Virus genome (UHGV): UHGV-0125682
DNA length: 64,000 bases
From: a virus
Reading direction: 5' to 3' (one strand)
The notes below the pieces were generated by a model. The model saw only the letters and a program-made list of their open reading frames with translations, did not search any database and was not told where the DNA came from. The stretch's first letter is position 1, and each line of letters begins with the position of its first letter. Made by a program: the position numbers and the translations under genes. Below, in pieces: positions 1-10,141 of this stretch.

Positions 1-58
1 AGCGTTTAGTGACCAGCTGCGACATGTAAAACATAATCTTGCCATTGACGGAAAAACA

Positions 59-1063
59 GTGCTGGATAATGGCGCTGAAGTTAATTATATCACGTCCGGC
101 AGTGACAATTTCGTTACGATAGTAGCACCTGAAGGTAAATTCAGTATTGATGCCAGTGCTGTCAAAGGAGGCAGTTTGGCAGATGCTGCAACCAAATTAC
201 TTAAAGCCTACCGAGAGCATAACGCAGATAAATATAAAGTTGATGTGTTACCAGGCCAGCAGGAAGACCCCGAACCACCACAGACAGACCCCGAGACGAA
301 CCCAGTATCACAACCAGAGAGCCAGGATGTAGGTAAATACCACTATGCACTTCAATCTCGCCCGGCTGGTGTTGGTGCTGTGCCGGATGGAAATAAAGCC
401 GTGCTTGATCGTCCTGACCAGGCTGATCAGTATTACGAATATGCTCGTCACGGTATCATTACGTATGACCGTAAACTGACAGATGAAGAAGTCAGCCAGT
501 ACGAGTTGCTCTATCTTCCTGATGAAGATGAGCTGAAAGATTTTGCAGGCCAATTGGTTGTGTCCAGCATGTCGAAACATATTGATGGCTATGTAGACCT
601 GTTTGGCAGTGACCTGAAAACATTCAAGGCGCAAGTGAAAATTCTTTTCCGCAAAGCGTTTCCAAACGTGGCGTATCCACTTGGTGATGGGGAGAACCTT
701 TTCATTATGGACGTGTATAACGCCCTTCAAAATCATTCAAGCGAAGTAAAAACAGAGCATGTGGTTGAGCCGGAATCACAACCACAACCAGCACCAGAAC
801 AGGAGCCGGAGCCAGAAGAAGCTGGTGAATCAGCAAGTGAAGCTGATCAGGAGGCAGATAAAGCACTGGAGTACCTGAAATCCGTGCCGGAGCAGTTTAC
901 ATCCCGCGATCTGACGGTCATCAGTGCTGAACTTGATCATGTGCAGGAAGCAGCAAACGCTCTAATCAGCGCAGGTCGATACGACGAGAACGAAGCCACT
1001 GTTGGTGCAGCAGTTGACTACCTGATCAACATTCTGGCTGAAATTCAGCAGGGAGGTGCTTAA
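59..1063 (+). CDS. hypothetical protein, acidic Pro/Glu-rich linkers; may be 5'-truncated (frame open to position 2, GTG at 59)
   Basis: Long ORF, stop overlaps next start (TAATG at 1061..1065). Confidence 0.5.
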   Translation: MLDNGAEVNYITSGSDNFVTIVAPEGKFSIDASAVKGGSLADAATKLLKAYREHNADKYKVDVLPGQQEDPEPPQTDPETNPVSQPESQDVGKYHYALQSRPAGVGAVPDGNKAVLDRPDQADQYYEYARHGIITYDRKLTDEEVSQYELLYLPDEDELKDFAGQLVVSSMSKHIDGYVDLFGSDLKTFKAQVKILFRKAFPNVAYPLGDGENLFIMDVYNALQNHSSEVKTEHVVEPESQPQPAPEQEPEPEEAGESASEADQEADKALEYLKSVPEQFTSRDLTVISAELDHVQEAANALISAGRYDENEATVGAAVDYLINILAEIQQGGA

Positions 1064-1431
1064 TGACCATCTCTGTTTTAGACCGCCTGAAATTAGGTAA
1101 AGAGCTATCAGATCTAATGCAGGCGCAGAAAACGGCGCCAGTATTGCAACGCGTCACCATTGGTAAGCAGATTGTTGATGTGATGCTGAAATTGGGCTTG
1201 GGGACTGCCGCGCAACCGGCAGCGGAACCGCAACAACAGACTGATCCTGTTGTAGATGAAGTTCCTAAGATAGTGACTGACTTCCTGGGCGGTGTGTTCA
1301 CAAAGTCCACACAAATGGAATTTATTGATGCGCTGCGTGGGATCTCAAACTATGTTGGCGAGTTCCTTACGTTGGAACAGGCAAAAGAGCAGACCATAAG
1401 CTGGGTGAAAGCCAACGGTTATGCAGGGTAA
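1063..1431 (+). CDS. hypothetical protein (122 aa)
   Basis: ORF coupled to upstream gene; no recognised motif. Confidence 0.5.
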   Translation: MTISVLDRLKLGKELSDLMQAQKTAPVLQRVTIGKQIVDVMLKLGLGTAAQPAAEPQQQTDPVVDEVPKIVTDFLGGVFTKSTQMEFIDALRGISNYVGEFLTLEQAKEQTISWVKANGYAG

Positions 1432-1524
1432 TCAAAGGGGCTGAAATGCCCCTTTCACTTTCCTGTAAGTCCATAAATCACACACTTTTTACACTTCCTG
1501 CTTTCTATGTAAGGGGAGTGTATT

Positions 1525-4500
1525 TTGAACAAGTCAGTTACTTCCGCGCTATCCGAAGCAGCAGACATTAACAGTGTTATTGCGCTGGTTTCTTCATTAG
1601 AGAGGCGAGAAACACGCCAGGGGCGCAGTAGTTACGTAGTCACCAGTAAAGGGGCAGAGGTAAAGACGGCTTTTAAGGTCGTTGATGCCAGCAGTCTGAT
1701 CATTTCGAACAACCTTGACGGTACGATTAATCCGGCCTTCCCGGAAGAACTCCAGCCACGTGACCGTACACGGCTATCAAGCAAACTCCAGGTTAACCGT
1801 ATTGCCTCCAATTTACGCCCGGCACAATTAACGGATTCCGGCATGAGCAGCCACGGAGCGCCGATAGTTGGTCCGGACAACGTTGTTGAATCCGGCAACG
1901 GAAGGAGCATGGGTATCTGGCGTGCCTATGAGCAAGGGCAGGCGGATGAATATCGCCAGTACCTGATCGATCATGCAAAAGAGTTTGGTCTGAATCCTGA
2001 CGACATTTCACAAATGTCTATGCCCGTATTGGTGCGAGAAAGACTCACAGATGTAGACCGCGCACAATTTGCCCGCGATTCAAACATCAGCGATCTGCAA
2101 GAGATGGCTGCAAGTGAAAAAGCGTATGCGGATGCGCAATTTCTCACTGAGAGCGTCATGGCGCTATTTAATCCTTCAGATGATGGAAATCTACTGGCGC
2201 GGTCCAATGATGCGTTTATTCGTGCGTTTTTGCGCGAAATAGGTGATACGGCGACGGCAGGTTTGCTTACTGCCGATGGGCGTCCAACGAAACAACTTAT
2301 CGACCGCATCCAGAATGCAATTTTTGCCAAAGCGTACAAGGATGAAAGGCTTGTTCGGCTGGTGGCGGAAGAGCCAGATCCGGAAATGCGTAACATTCTT
2401 ACCGCATTAAATACGGCAGCCAGCGATTTTGCGCAAATGCAGTCGCTTTCAGGTGATGTTCACCATGACACGGTAACCGGACTGGTAGACGGTATAGAGC
2501 AATTGAATGGTCTGGATAAACAGGCTATTGCCGCGCTACAGGAAGCAATTAACCTTGTTCGTGAAGCAAAAGATAACGGTCAGGCAGTAGAAGAGGTGAT
2601 CGCACAGCGTGGATTGTTTGGAGATAGCACTCCGGAAGCAGAAGCGCTTGCTCTGTTTATTGTTGCCAACAACCGAAGCGCTAAGCGAATGGGGGCAGCT
2701 TTCAAGAAACTGGCGCAAAAAATTAACGATGAACTTATTCACCAGCAACAAGCGTTAGGCGATATGTTCGGCGGCGGAGATGTCGATCTGCGTAGCATTT
2801 TATCTGCCGTTTCTGATGAAATTGAGGCTGAGTATGGCGAAGGTAAAGGGCTTAATTTCGCCATGTTTGAATCGGTTTCAGGAGAGGTCGAACCATACAT
2901 TTCAAAGCTAATTGCTGATGCGACCAGCGTGGAGGACTTGATCCGAATCGTGAAGGTGTCAGAAAAAATTAAGGAGTCCGCAAAAAAAATAAAGCGCAAT
3001 GTATTTTTGGAACTTGGTTTTTATATTCGCAATGTCACCGTTAATGAGATTAAGGAGTGGGCTAAACGTTATGGATACAGCGACGCTGTGTTAACAACGA
3101 TGTTATTGTCTTATCAACGCAGCAATTTTTATGCTAACGCACTGCGTGACGCGATTGAAAAAGGAGATGAAGCTCCTTCGCTCGCAGATGAAAGAAATAT
3201 TGATTGTGATATTGAAACGTTTTGCAACATATCAGAAGAAGGCGTGCCCGCTGAACAATTTATACGTGTTTTACATAATGCAGCAAAACATATTCCTGAT
3301 GACTTTAGTATTGATGAATTGCGCAATGGTTGTCTTGTTTGGTTAGGTAACTATTTAAAATCTCCAGCGTCTATTGCAGAGAAAACAGCTTTAAGATTTA
3401 GAAAGGAAATGAATAAAGCTGGAAGCGCAGAAGAGATGGTGTGCATAATCCAAAATACTTTGAAGTTATTCAAAAAGAGCTTGCATAATATCGACGATAT
3501 TATGGCGGCTGGTAGGAAAATAACAGCCAGTGTCGGAGTTAGCTCTGAACTAACGGCAGAGGAGATCGCTGATGCGTATATTGAGACACTTGTCAGGCTT
3601 AAGGAGATAGTGGAATTAGCAGAGCATTCCTCATATTACGGAATCAAGGAGCGTGTTGACTTTACTATAGAACAAATCAATAAAGTTAGGTCAAATAAGG
3701 AAAAACTCACTGACTACCTTGCTGATGTTTTGCACCAGAATGATCATGGGATTGGATATGATCTGAAAAAAATGCTTGTTTTTAATCTGGACATACCGGA
3801 AGACTTGCAAGCAGAACTATATGAAATAGCTTCATTAACACGTGGACAAAAAGCCTATCCTAATGCGCTTGAAAATGTAGTACATAAAAAAGTCAGAGCC
3901 GCATTTGACATGATTCTTGAATCGTCAAATGTGTCACATGACCAGTCTAAGGAATGGAGTCGTGGGATTGCTATTTCTGATGAAGCAGAGCAGTTAAGTG
4001 GTCACGATAATGAAACTTTCTCCCGTAAAGCATACAGTATTCGCGAGACGATTGAAAAAGCCTATATTATTTCAGGAGGGACTTTATCTACATTAAAAAA
4101 TATTAACCACAAGAACAATGTTCGTGCTTTTGCAAGTCGAAATGGGAATATAACAATTGATGCTAATAGTGATCACGAGCGTGTATTATGGCATGAAATA
4201 GGTCACCATATAGAACATTCAAATCCCCATCTATTGGAGAGGGCCAAAGCCTTCATTAAATCAAAAACTAACGGTAAAGTTTCTTATCATAATATTGGTA
4301 GCCGTGGCAGTGCTGAGTATTTGGTGCGAACCGACCTAAGTCATGGATATATGTCTAAAATTTATATGGAAAATACGGTAAGTTCTGTCAGCGGCAGATT
4401 TATATCAAAGCCACCTGCATTAAGCAATTGCAGGGCGACTGAGATTTTTTCTATGGCCTTGCAGATGTATGCCGATCCGGAGCAGGCGACTAACTCTGTA

Positions 4501-4566
4501 TTAAACAATGACGGCGTGCTGGAATTTTTCTTGGGATGTATGAAGGAGTTGCAAAATGAAGTATAG
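1525..4566 (+). CDS. large polyvalent virion-type protein: ParB-like N-terminal motifs, HExxH metallopeptidase-like motif near C-terminus (P1 DdrB-sized)
   Basis: 1013-aa ORF; N-terminal NPAFPEELQPRDRTRL and GNGRSMGIWRA resemble ParB/Srx nuclease-domain motifs; WHEIGHH at about aa 885; C-terminal half markedly more AT-rich. Confidence 0.65.
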   Translation: MNKSVTSALSEAADINSVIALVSSLERRETRQGRSSYVVTSKGAEVKTAFKVVDASSLIISNNLDGTINPAFPEELQPRDRTRLSSKLQVNRIASNLRPAQLTDSGMSSHGAPIVGPDNVVESGNGRSMGIWRAYEQGQADEYRQYLIDHAKEFGLNPDDISQMSMPVLVRERLTDVDRAQFARDSNISDLQEMAASEKAYADAQFLTESVMALFNPSDDGNLLARSNDAFIRAFLREIGDTATAGLLTADGRPTKQLIDRIQNAIFAKAYKDERLVRLVAEEPDPEMRNILTALNTAASDFAQMQSLSGDVHHDTVTGLVDGIEQLNGLDKQAIAALQEAINLVREAKDNGQAVEEVIAQRGLFGDSTPEAEALALFIVANNRSAKRMGAAFKKLAQKINDELIHQQQALGDMFGGGDVDLRSILSAVSDEIEAEYGEGKGLNFAMFESVSGEVEPYISKLIADATSVEDLIRIVKVSEKIKESAKKIKRNVFLELGFYIRNVTVNEIKEWAKRYGYSDAVLTTMLLSYQRSNFYANALRDAIEKGDEAPSLADERNIDCDIETFCNISEEGVPAEQFIRVLHNAAKHIPDDFSIDELRNGCLVWLGNYLKSPASIAEKTALRFRKEMNKAGSAEEMVCIIQNTLKLFKKSLHNIDDIMAAGRKITASVGVSSELTAEEIADAYIETLVRLKEIVELAEHSSYYGIKERVDFTIEQINKVRSNKEKLTDYLADVLHQNDHGIGYDLKKMLVFNLDIPEDLQAELYEIASLTRGQKAYPNALENVVHKKVRAAFDMILESSNVSHDQSKEWSRGIAISDEAEQLSGHDNETFSRKAYSIRETIEKAYIISGGTLSTLKNINHKNNVRAFASRNGNITIDANSDHERVLWHEIGHHIEHSNPHLLERAKAFIKSKTNGKVSYHNIGSRGSAEYLVRTDLSHGYMSKIYMENTVSSVSGRFISKPPALSNCRATEIFSMALQMYADPEQATNSVLNNDGVLEFFLGCMKELQNEV

Positions 4567-4849
4567 CATTGTGAGTCCCGCTGGGATTAGAGGGATTGTT
4601 GAATGCTCTGATGACGGCACATTGCGTATATTTGAAGGCGATATTTCGGAAGAAAATATTGCGCAAGATTTACGCTTTATCAACACAAATTCCGCAATGG
4701 GGATCGTGAATACCATTCATGCCGATGGGGTGTTTGTTCTGCGGAGCCTGGAAACTGTTGGCTGGGAGGTTGAGTGGCCAGAGGTGGAAGGAGATCCTGA
4801 CGACGAAGACGATACTGGCGAATCATATCAAGACATTGATGTGAATTGA
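4556..4849 (+). CDS. small highly acidic protein (97 aa)
   Basis: ORF overlapping stop of the 1013-aa gene; C-terminus EVEGDPDDEDDTGESYQDIDVN; followed by intrinsic terminator. Confidence 0.5.
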   Translation: MKYSIVSPAGIRGIVECSDDGTLRIFEGDISEENIAQDLRFINTNSAMGIVNTIHADGVFVLRSLETVGWEVEWPEVEGDPDDEDDTGESYQDIDVN

Positions 4850-4862
4850 TATGATTGATAAT

Positions 4863-4885
4863 CCCGCCGTCAGGCGGGTTTTTTT
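4863..4885. terminator. intrinsic terminator between convergent genes
   Basis: cccgccgtcaggcggg hairpin plus T7 run. Confidence 0.7.
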
Positions 4886-5147
4886 AGCGTGGTGTAAGAA
4901 TAAATTCAGGATGCTCTCCAGCAAGCAATAACAGGTACTCAAATTCACCAGCCATAAGGCGTCTCGGTTTATTTCTATCTTCTTTGAATTGCCAAGCCCG
5001 GAGTTGATACCCCATTTTGTGGGCTAACTCCGTTTGCGTTAGCCCCATTCGCTGGCGGATTTCAATTATAGTTTCCGGGGTGTTTGGTGGGAGTTGTTTC
5101 ACAATATGCCCTTTGCCAATGCTGTGATTCGCAACGAAGTATATCAT
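4884..5147 (-). CDS. XRE-family HTH protein (antitoxin-like)
   Basis: MGLTQTELAHKMG helix-turn-helix signature; downstream partner of 5160..5462. Confidence 0.55.
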   Translation of the reverse strand: MIYFVANHSIGKGHIVKQLPPNTPETIIEIRQRMGLTQTELAHKMGYQLRAWQFKEDRNKPRRLMAGEFEYLLLLAGEHPEFILTPR

Positions 5148-5159
5148 CGTTGAATCGAT

Positions 5160-5462
5160 TCACAGAGCTGCGCCGAATAGACCGCAGCATGGCATCCCTT
5201 CATCACAGTACCTGGCCCATTCTTTTTGGCATTCTTCTGTTTGCGCGTATTGGCTTAACGCGTCATCCAGCATATCCCAGGCCTTATAGGAATCCTCTGC
5301 AACGCTAAACAAAGTCCTGCCTTCCCGGCTTAGAATTTGCAGATTGTAAATGTTTTCATTGCTCAGACATGCGCGGCTGATATGCATGTAAACCGACCAT
5401 GCAGGAACTCGATTTTTGATAGCAAGTTGGTGTAATTTGGAATTAATTAAAGAGCTTTTCAT
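5160..5462 (-). CDS. hypothetical protein, upstream partner of the HTH gene (start reassigned to MKSSLIN with GGAGA RBS)
   Basis: ORF with good RBS; toxin-then-HTH-antitoxin gene order. Confidence 0.45.
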   Translation of the reverse strand: MKSSLINSKLHQLAIKNRVPAWSVYMHISRACLSNENIYNLQILSREGRTLFSVAEDSYKAWDMLDDALSQYAQTEECQKEWARYCDEGMPCCGLFGAAL

Positions 5463-5645
5463 GGGATTTCTCCGCAGCAAAGTGGTCAACTTTTTCAATC
5501 TTAATGCGCACAATGTGCATATTCAAGTTTTATTCTTCACTTTGTTACGAGAGGGGCCAGCCAATATTTCTAGTTGAAAAGATCCATCATCAAAAATCAC
5601 ATACTGATTATGCTGCCGCAAACTGAAAACATTTCGCGGTGACTC

Positions 5646-7328
5646 ATGGCAACGAAAGACAAAAACAAAGGCTTTCTGTCGGCATTGAAGAAAGCCTTCA
5701 ACAGTGGCGATGTCACGCCTGCCGATCCGGTCGTTTTTACGAGCGGTCATAGTGTCGTTGCGCGTTCTGGTCTGTCCGCTTTACGTCCGGGGATACTGGG
5801 TGGCAATAGCGATGGCATGACAAGCGCGGCAGATACAGTATCAATTTCGGCAGAACTGCCCGGCGACCGCCTGCAAAAGTACAACATCCTGGAAACGATG
5901 GCTAAAAGCCCGACTATCTCGACGGCTTTAAATATTCACATTGCACATGCGCTTGCGCCTTCAAAAAAAACCGGACAAGCATTCATCCTTTCGCCAAAGG
6001 ATGGTTCCGATGCCGAGGCAGTAAGTAGATGTGAAGAGTTAACCGCTGATTTGGGGACGATGATTAATGACGGACTTCCTTCATGGGCCATGATTATGGC
6101 GATCTTTGGGGTGTCTTATGTCCGACCTTATGCTGAACAGGGCAGGGGGATAACAGGCATTGAGTCCAGTTATTACACTCTGCCACACTTCGTCCAGGAG
6201 TTTTATCGTGGTAGCCAGCTGGTAGGTTTCAGTGGTGATTACATTCTGGATACGCATAGTTTGCGCAGAGTAATAACCGAACCGTGGAATCTGGTTTCCA
6301 TGAAAAATCCCTATTGGACGCCACAGCATAAAGTTATTCCGGTTAGCTACGGCACAAAAGGGTACTCACTGTTAAGTGATCAGGCTGATAAGCCGTTAAT
6401 GGAGACGCAGAATTACGGAACTTCATTCCTGGAATACAGCTATGAACCTTACCTTAATTTATGTGCTTCGCTCGCCGCGCTGAAATCAACGCGAAATAAT
6501 GCAGCCAAAATTGACCGCCTGATTGCTCTTACGACGAACACACTGGACCCGGTTAATGCGGCGAACTATACGCGTGGCGTCAGCCAGGCATTGAAGCGTC
6601 ATAGTGACCTGGTGGCGCAAAGGTCGATTAATGCCAACGCTATTCCGACTGTGCTTAACCATCTGATACCTGTTATGGGAGACGGGAAGAACGGCATCAC
6701 CATTGATACGCAATCCATACCCGCAGATATCAGTGGTATCGAAGACGTTATGTTTCACCTCCGGCAGCTTGCTGCAAGCCTCGGCATTGACGCAACAATG
6801 CTTGGCTGGGCTGATCAGATGAGCGGAGGGCTTGGAGAAGGCGGCTGGCAGCAAACTGCTATCCAGGCTGCATTGCGTGCGAACTGGATCAGACAGGCCG
6901 CCCAGCGAACTATTTATCGGCTTCTGGACATTCACCTCGCTTATAAATACGGCAAGGTTTACACCGAAACAAACCGCCCTTATGACGTGCAATTCAACTC
7001 AATGAACACAGCTATCCAGGAAGAGGAAAACCGAGAACTGGATGCACGCGCCAACTTTGTTGCTGTCATCTCCCAAATTATGGACCAGATCCAGAACAAC
7101 CCGAAACTGGCTGGTAGTGACGCGTTTATGCGTTATCTGTTCACCGAGCAGTTGCACATCGACGATGACACTCTCAACACCATGATCAAAGAGTTTAAGG
7201 CGAATGAATCAGAGCAAAACAGCGAGCATGGTATGTACGAATCCGCGCCGTTGTCGTCCGGTGACGATCCGGAAAACTGGACGCCAGAACAGTTAATAAA
7301 CTTTGCAAAATTTGTGATGAGCAATTAA
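5646..7328 (+). CDS. putative head morphogenesis protein, portal-like by size and position
   Basis: 560-aa ORF followed by coiled-coil protein; assignment by synteny only. Confidence 0.35.
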   Translation: MATKDKNKGFLSALKKAFNSGDVTPADPVVFTSGHSVVARSGLSALRPGILGGNSDGMTSAADTVSISAELPGDRLQKYNILETMAKSPTISTALNIHIAHALAPSKKTGQAFILSPKDGSDAEAVSRCEELTADLGTMINDGLPSWAMIMAIFGVSYVRPYAEQGRGITGIESSYYTLPHFVQEFYRGSQLVGFSGDYILDTHSLRRVITEPWNLVSMKNPYWTPQHKVIPVSYGTKGYSLLSDQADKPLMETQNYGTSFLEYSYEPYLNLCASLAALKSTRNNAAKIDRLIALTTNTLDPVNAANYTRGVSQALKRHSDLVAQRSINANAIPTVLNHLIPVMGDGKNGITIDTQSIPADISGIEDVMFHLRQLAASLGIDATMLGWADQMSGGLGEGGWQQTAIQAALRANWIRQAAQRTIYRLLDIHLAYKYGKVYTETNRPYDVQFNSMNTAIQEEENRELDARANFVAVISQIMDQIQNNPKLAGSDAFMRYLFTEQLHIDDDTLNTMIKEFKANESEQNSEHGMYESAPLSSGDDPENWTPEQLINFAKFVMSN

Positions 7329-7341
7329 CCGGAGGGAAATA

Positions 7342-8340
7342 ATGCAATCACTGAATACTGTTACGGATCGCTTCTCCCTGGTAGAGAAAATCCGCAAACA
7401 CACACCGCAGAACAACCGAAATTACGTCATTCAGTCGGTACGAGACACATTCAACTCGCCAGAAACAAAAGAGCGTATCGCGCTGGGTGAGATGTATGGT
7501 TATTACGGTCATGGTCGCCGGGCGATGCACTATAACAAAACGAAAAGCCTGAACTTGCCGGAAGTCTCTGTTGTGATGGTAGATGGGAAGCCTGTTGTAT
7601 TGGAGAACGTGCCGTCAAACAGGACTATCGACATTTCGATTGACGACAACGGCATTGTTACTCATACGCAGGAAATACTGGATACAGACACCGGGCGTAT
7701 TGTTCAGGGCATGATTAATTCTGGTGCTGGTGGTTGGTCGTGGGCTACATCTGGTCCAGATTCATCGGTATCCCTGGTAAAGTCTTTCCACGGCTTTGAT
7801 TACGTAACTGTGCCTAACTATATCAGCCTCGACAAGAAAAGCCTGATGCTTGAATCAGCAGAAGAGCGCGATGCGGCTATTCATGCAGCACTTATCGAAC
7901 AAGGTTTTACCGATAACGCTGCTACGGATCTGGTTCACCACTTTTCAGCAATGAAAAATCAGCAAGCCATGCTCGAATCTGCACATCGTGAAGCCCTGGA
8001 ATCAGAATTGATGCTCCTTGAAGTGGAAAACATACAGCTTCGAGATAAGCTGCGCGCTCAAACAGCGATGATGGAAAGCCAGGGGGAAAATGCAAAGCAA
8101 TGCCGCCGGATTTTGCGTGACGCTATCCAGGAAATGCCTGTTTTTATCAGCGCAGAACAGCGCCGGGCGCTCTGCCGTATGCAGTCTGAAGATGATGCCC
8201 GCATAGTGGCTGCGATGCTTGAATCTCTTGGGGCAAATGCTACTTATGGCTTACCGGTATCAGGCAAGAAAGAACCAGAGTTATCACCGAAGGAGAACAA
8301 AAACACCACCCCGTTACTCTTCGTTTCCAGAAGGGGGTAA
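7342..8340 (+). CDS. hypothetical protein with C-terminal coiled coil (possible head protease/scaffold)
   Basis: GGAGGG RBS; coiled-coil-rich C-terminal half. Confidence 0.35.
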   Translation: MQSLNTVTDRFSLVEKIRKHTPQNNRNYVIQSVRDTFNSPETKERIALGEMYGYYGHGRRAMHYNKTKSLNLPEVSVVMVDGKPVVLENVPSNRTIDISIDDNGIVTHTQEILDTDTGRIVQGMINSGAGGWSWATSGPDSSVSLVKSFHGFDYVTVPNYISLDKKSLMLESAEERDAAIHAALIEQGFTDNAATDLVHHFSAMKNQQAMLESAHREALESELMLLEVENIQLRDKLRAQTAMMESQGENAKQCRRILRDAIQEMPVFISAEQRRALCRMQSEDDARIVAAMLESLGANATYGLPVSGKKEPELSPKENKNTTPLLFVSRRG

Positions 8341-8351
8341 TCGCCTTGTTA

Positions 8352-8369
8352 AGTTAAATTTCTAACATA
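8352..8369 (+). promoter_or_regulatory. operator-like 17-bp repeat (TTTCTAACA core)
   Basis: aaatttctaacatag upstream of repL-like gene. Confidence 0.55.
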
Positions 8370-8457
8370 GTGTATTTATATACACTGTTGATCCTGGTGG
8401 ATGGGATCGAGTAGGATCGCGGTCACTGCTCCGGTAGCGACTGCCAAAAAAGCAAAA

Positions 8458-8478
8458 GCCGCTGAGAAGCGGCTTTTT
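8458..8478 (+). terminator. intrinsic terminator
   Basis: gccgctgagaagcggc hairpin plus TTTTT. Confidence 0.65.
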
Positions 8479-8540
8479 GGGTGTATAAATCCACTGCCAT
8501 AGATTTATACGGTAGATAGATTTTTTCACGGAACTATCTG

Positions 8541-9503
8541 GTGAGTATTTTAAATTCAGTTTCAGTAACTTTCAACACTTCTGAGTATAAAAACAACACT
8601 GAATACCACAAAAAAATCAAAGGTCATCAGTTGAGTTTTTTTGCTCGTCATAGCGGTCTTCTTTCCCCTTCACATAGCGCCATTATTGCCGAGTTCGCCA
8701 ACCTGGCAGGGTCTACCGATGAATACATGATCCGTCGCTCATATGCTGATATGTCCGAGATTACAGGACGCAGTATTTCTACTGTGCGCCGGGCATTTGC
8801 TGAAGCGACGAAGTGCGGAATGCTTGTTAAGCAACATCAGGTAGCGAATAACAATGCCCAGGTGTGTAACGTATATCGGTTTACGACACAATTTCTCCAC
8901 TTCATTCATGTAGCAATGGAGATAGGGGGTAAGCAGGGCATCAAATTTGCCAACGCCACAAAACTGGTTAAGCAGTTGATTTCAAAGGTTCGTTATTTTT
9001 TTGAAACTGGGAACCCCCTGTTCAAATTGAACAAGTCCCCCCATGTTCAAAATGAACAGCCAATAGAAAATAAGAGTTACTCTATAGCCAAAAGAAGAGA
9101 AAGATCATGCGCGGTTCAGCCAAAGGCTTCACCAGCAGATAGTTCTCAAACGGATAACGGTGTACTGGATAAAAAACCAGTAATCAGGGAAGAACATACC
9201 AACCACTGCCTGGCGGCGGCAAAAGCGAGAGCTGCAAAGCGTCGTTCAGACGAGGGGCACGCAAAACGGCAGGCTCTGTATCGTACCGCTGAAAAGCTGG
9301 CAAAAAAATTTGCATGGATACGTAGTGCCGCTACCGCAGTGAATAAGCCTAAACAATCCAGTGCCCTGGATTTCTCAATGGATTATTCTGGCTCCCAGGG
9401 GTGTGCAACCATTGGTGAAGCCTTTGACCTGATGAAACAGCGTGGCTATCGGTCTGAATTTGACCGTGAGGATTGGTCAATCCCTGCGGGATTTAGGGGA
9501 TGA
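8541..9503 (+). CDS. repL: RepL-like replication initiator
   Basis: HTH-like segment MSEITGRSISTVRRAFAEATKCGML; operator upstream; adjacent to icd/ant module. Confidence 0.5.
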   Translation: MSILNSVSVTFNTSEYKNNTEYHKKIKGHQLSFFARHSGLLSPSHSAIIAEFANLAGSTDEYMIRRSYADMSEITGRSISTVRRAFAEATKCGMLVKQHQVANNNAQVCNVYRFTTQFLHFIHVAMEIGGKQGIKFANATKLVKQLISKVRYFFETGNPLFKLNKSPHVQNEQPIENKSYSIAKRRERSCAVQPKASPADSSQTDNGVLDKKPVIREEHTNHCLAAAKARAAKRRSDEGHAKRQALYRTAEKLAKKFAWIRSAATAVNKPKQSSALDFSMDYSGSQGCATIGEAFDLMKQRGYRSEFDREDWSIPAGFRG

Positions 9504-9556
9504 CCTGTGTGTCTACAAAACATCCCAATGATCGGAAAATGCTCGTTCGATGATTT

Positions 9557-9573
9557 GTGTTAGAAAATTAATT
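9557..9573 (-). promoter_or_regulatory. operator-like repeat
   Basis: tgtgttagaaaattaat, with a second partial copy gtttctaaa at 9578..9586. Confidence 0.55.
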
Positions 9574-9641
9574 TGCTGTTTCTAAATCGGAATGTATGAT
9601 CTGCATCATCGACTGAAGTCATCCATTGCTGAAATTTTTAG

Positions 9642-9670
9642 TTGATCTTCCATGTTTTCAGGCTTATATT
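9642..9670 (+). promoter_or_regulatory. sigma70-like promoter for immI-like module 1
   Basis: TTGATC, 17-nt spacer, TATATT, just downstream of operator. Confidence 0.45.
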
Positions 9671-9916
9671 CATGCCGTCGTAGCAAATTCTGCGACCGGG
9701 TTTGACAGCCTGAATACTTACGCGGACAACCGCACATTTCCGATATTGCGGTATTTTTGTGTCCGTAAAACCACGTTACGCCCGAATTATGGTGGGGCGT
9801 GATGGGGAGGCTTCGGCCTGCTGGTTTCGTAAGTGCCAGTCTGTCAACCCTGTCACGTCCTGCCACCTGTTTGACAGCGGGTCGCAGGTTGTTTATCAAC
9901 TTACGAGGCCGTAACT

Positions 9917-10141
9917 ATGGTTAATGCCAATCCTTGCTCACGCCCAGAATTCATCTGGCGTTTCCACTCCCTGCAAAAACACTGCGATCACTTCGCAATT
10001 GCCGCAACCGAAAAAGAAGCCCGTTCTCTGATCCCTGATCAGTATGGTGTTCTTACTGGTCGTTTCTCTACTTCCCCACAACCAAACACTAATCCCTGGT
10101 ATCGCAATATTACCAATCCCGGAATTGCGGAGGCACACTGA
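9917..10141 (+). CDS. Icd-like small protein (74 aa) preceding antirepressor
   Basis: Paralog of 50316..50531 (shared EFIWRF and CQKH motifs); stop/start overlap with ant-like gene. Confidence 0.5.
   Translation: MVNANPCSRPEFIWRFHSLQKHCDHFAIAATEKEARSLIPDQYGVLTGRFSTSPQPNTNPWYRNITNPGIAEAH

Noticed and set aside
308-736. 142-aa minus-strand ORF overlapping the first gene
   Set aside because: Fully inside the 334-aa plus-strand ORF; no signals.
1632-3326. Antisense ORFs within the 1013-aa gene
   Set aside because: Embedded in a strongly supported long ORF on the opposite strand.
9606-9899. 97-aa minus-strand ORF inside the immI-1 leader
   Set aside because: Antisense to the promoter and leader structures of the icd/ant operon, no RBS; likely chance ORF.
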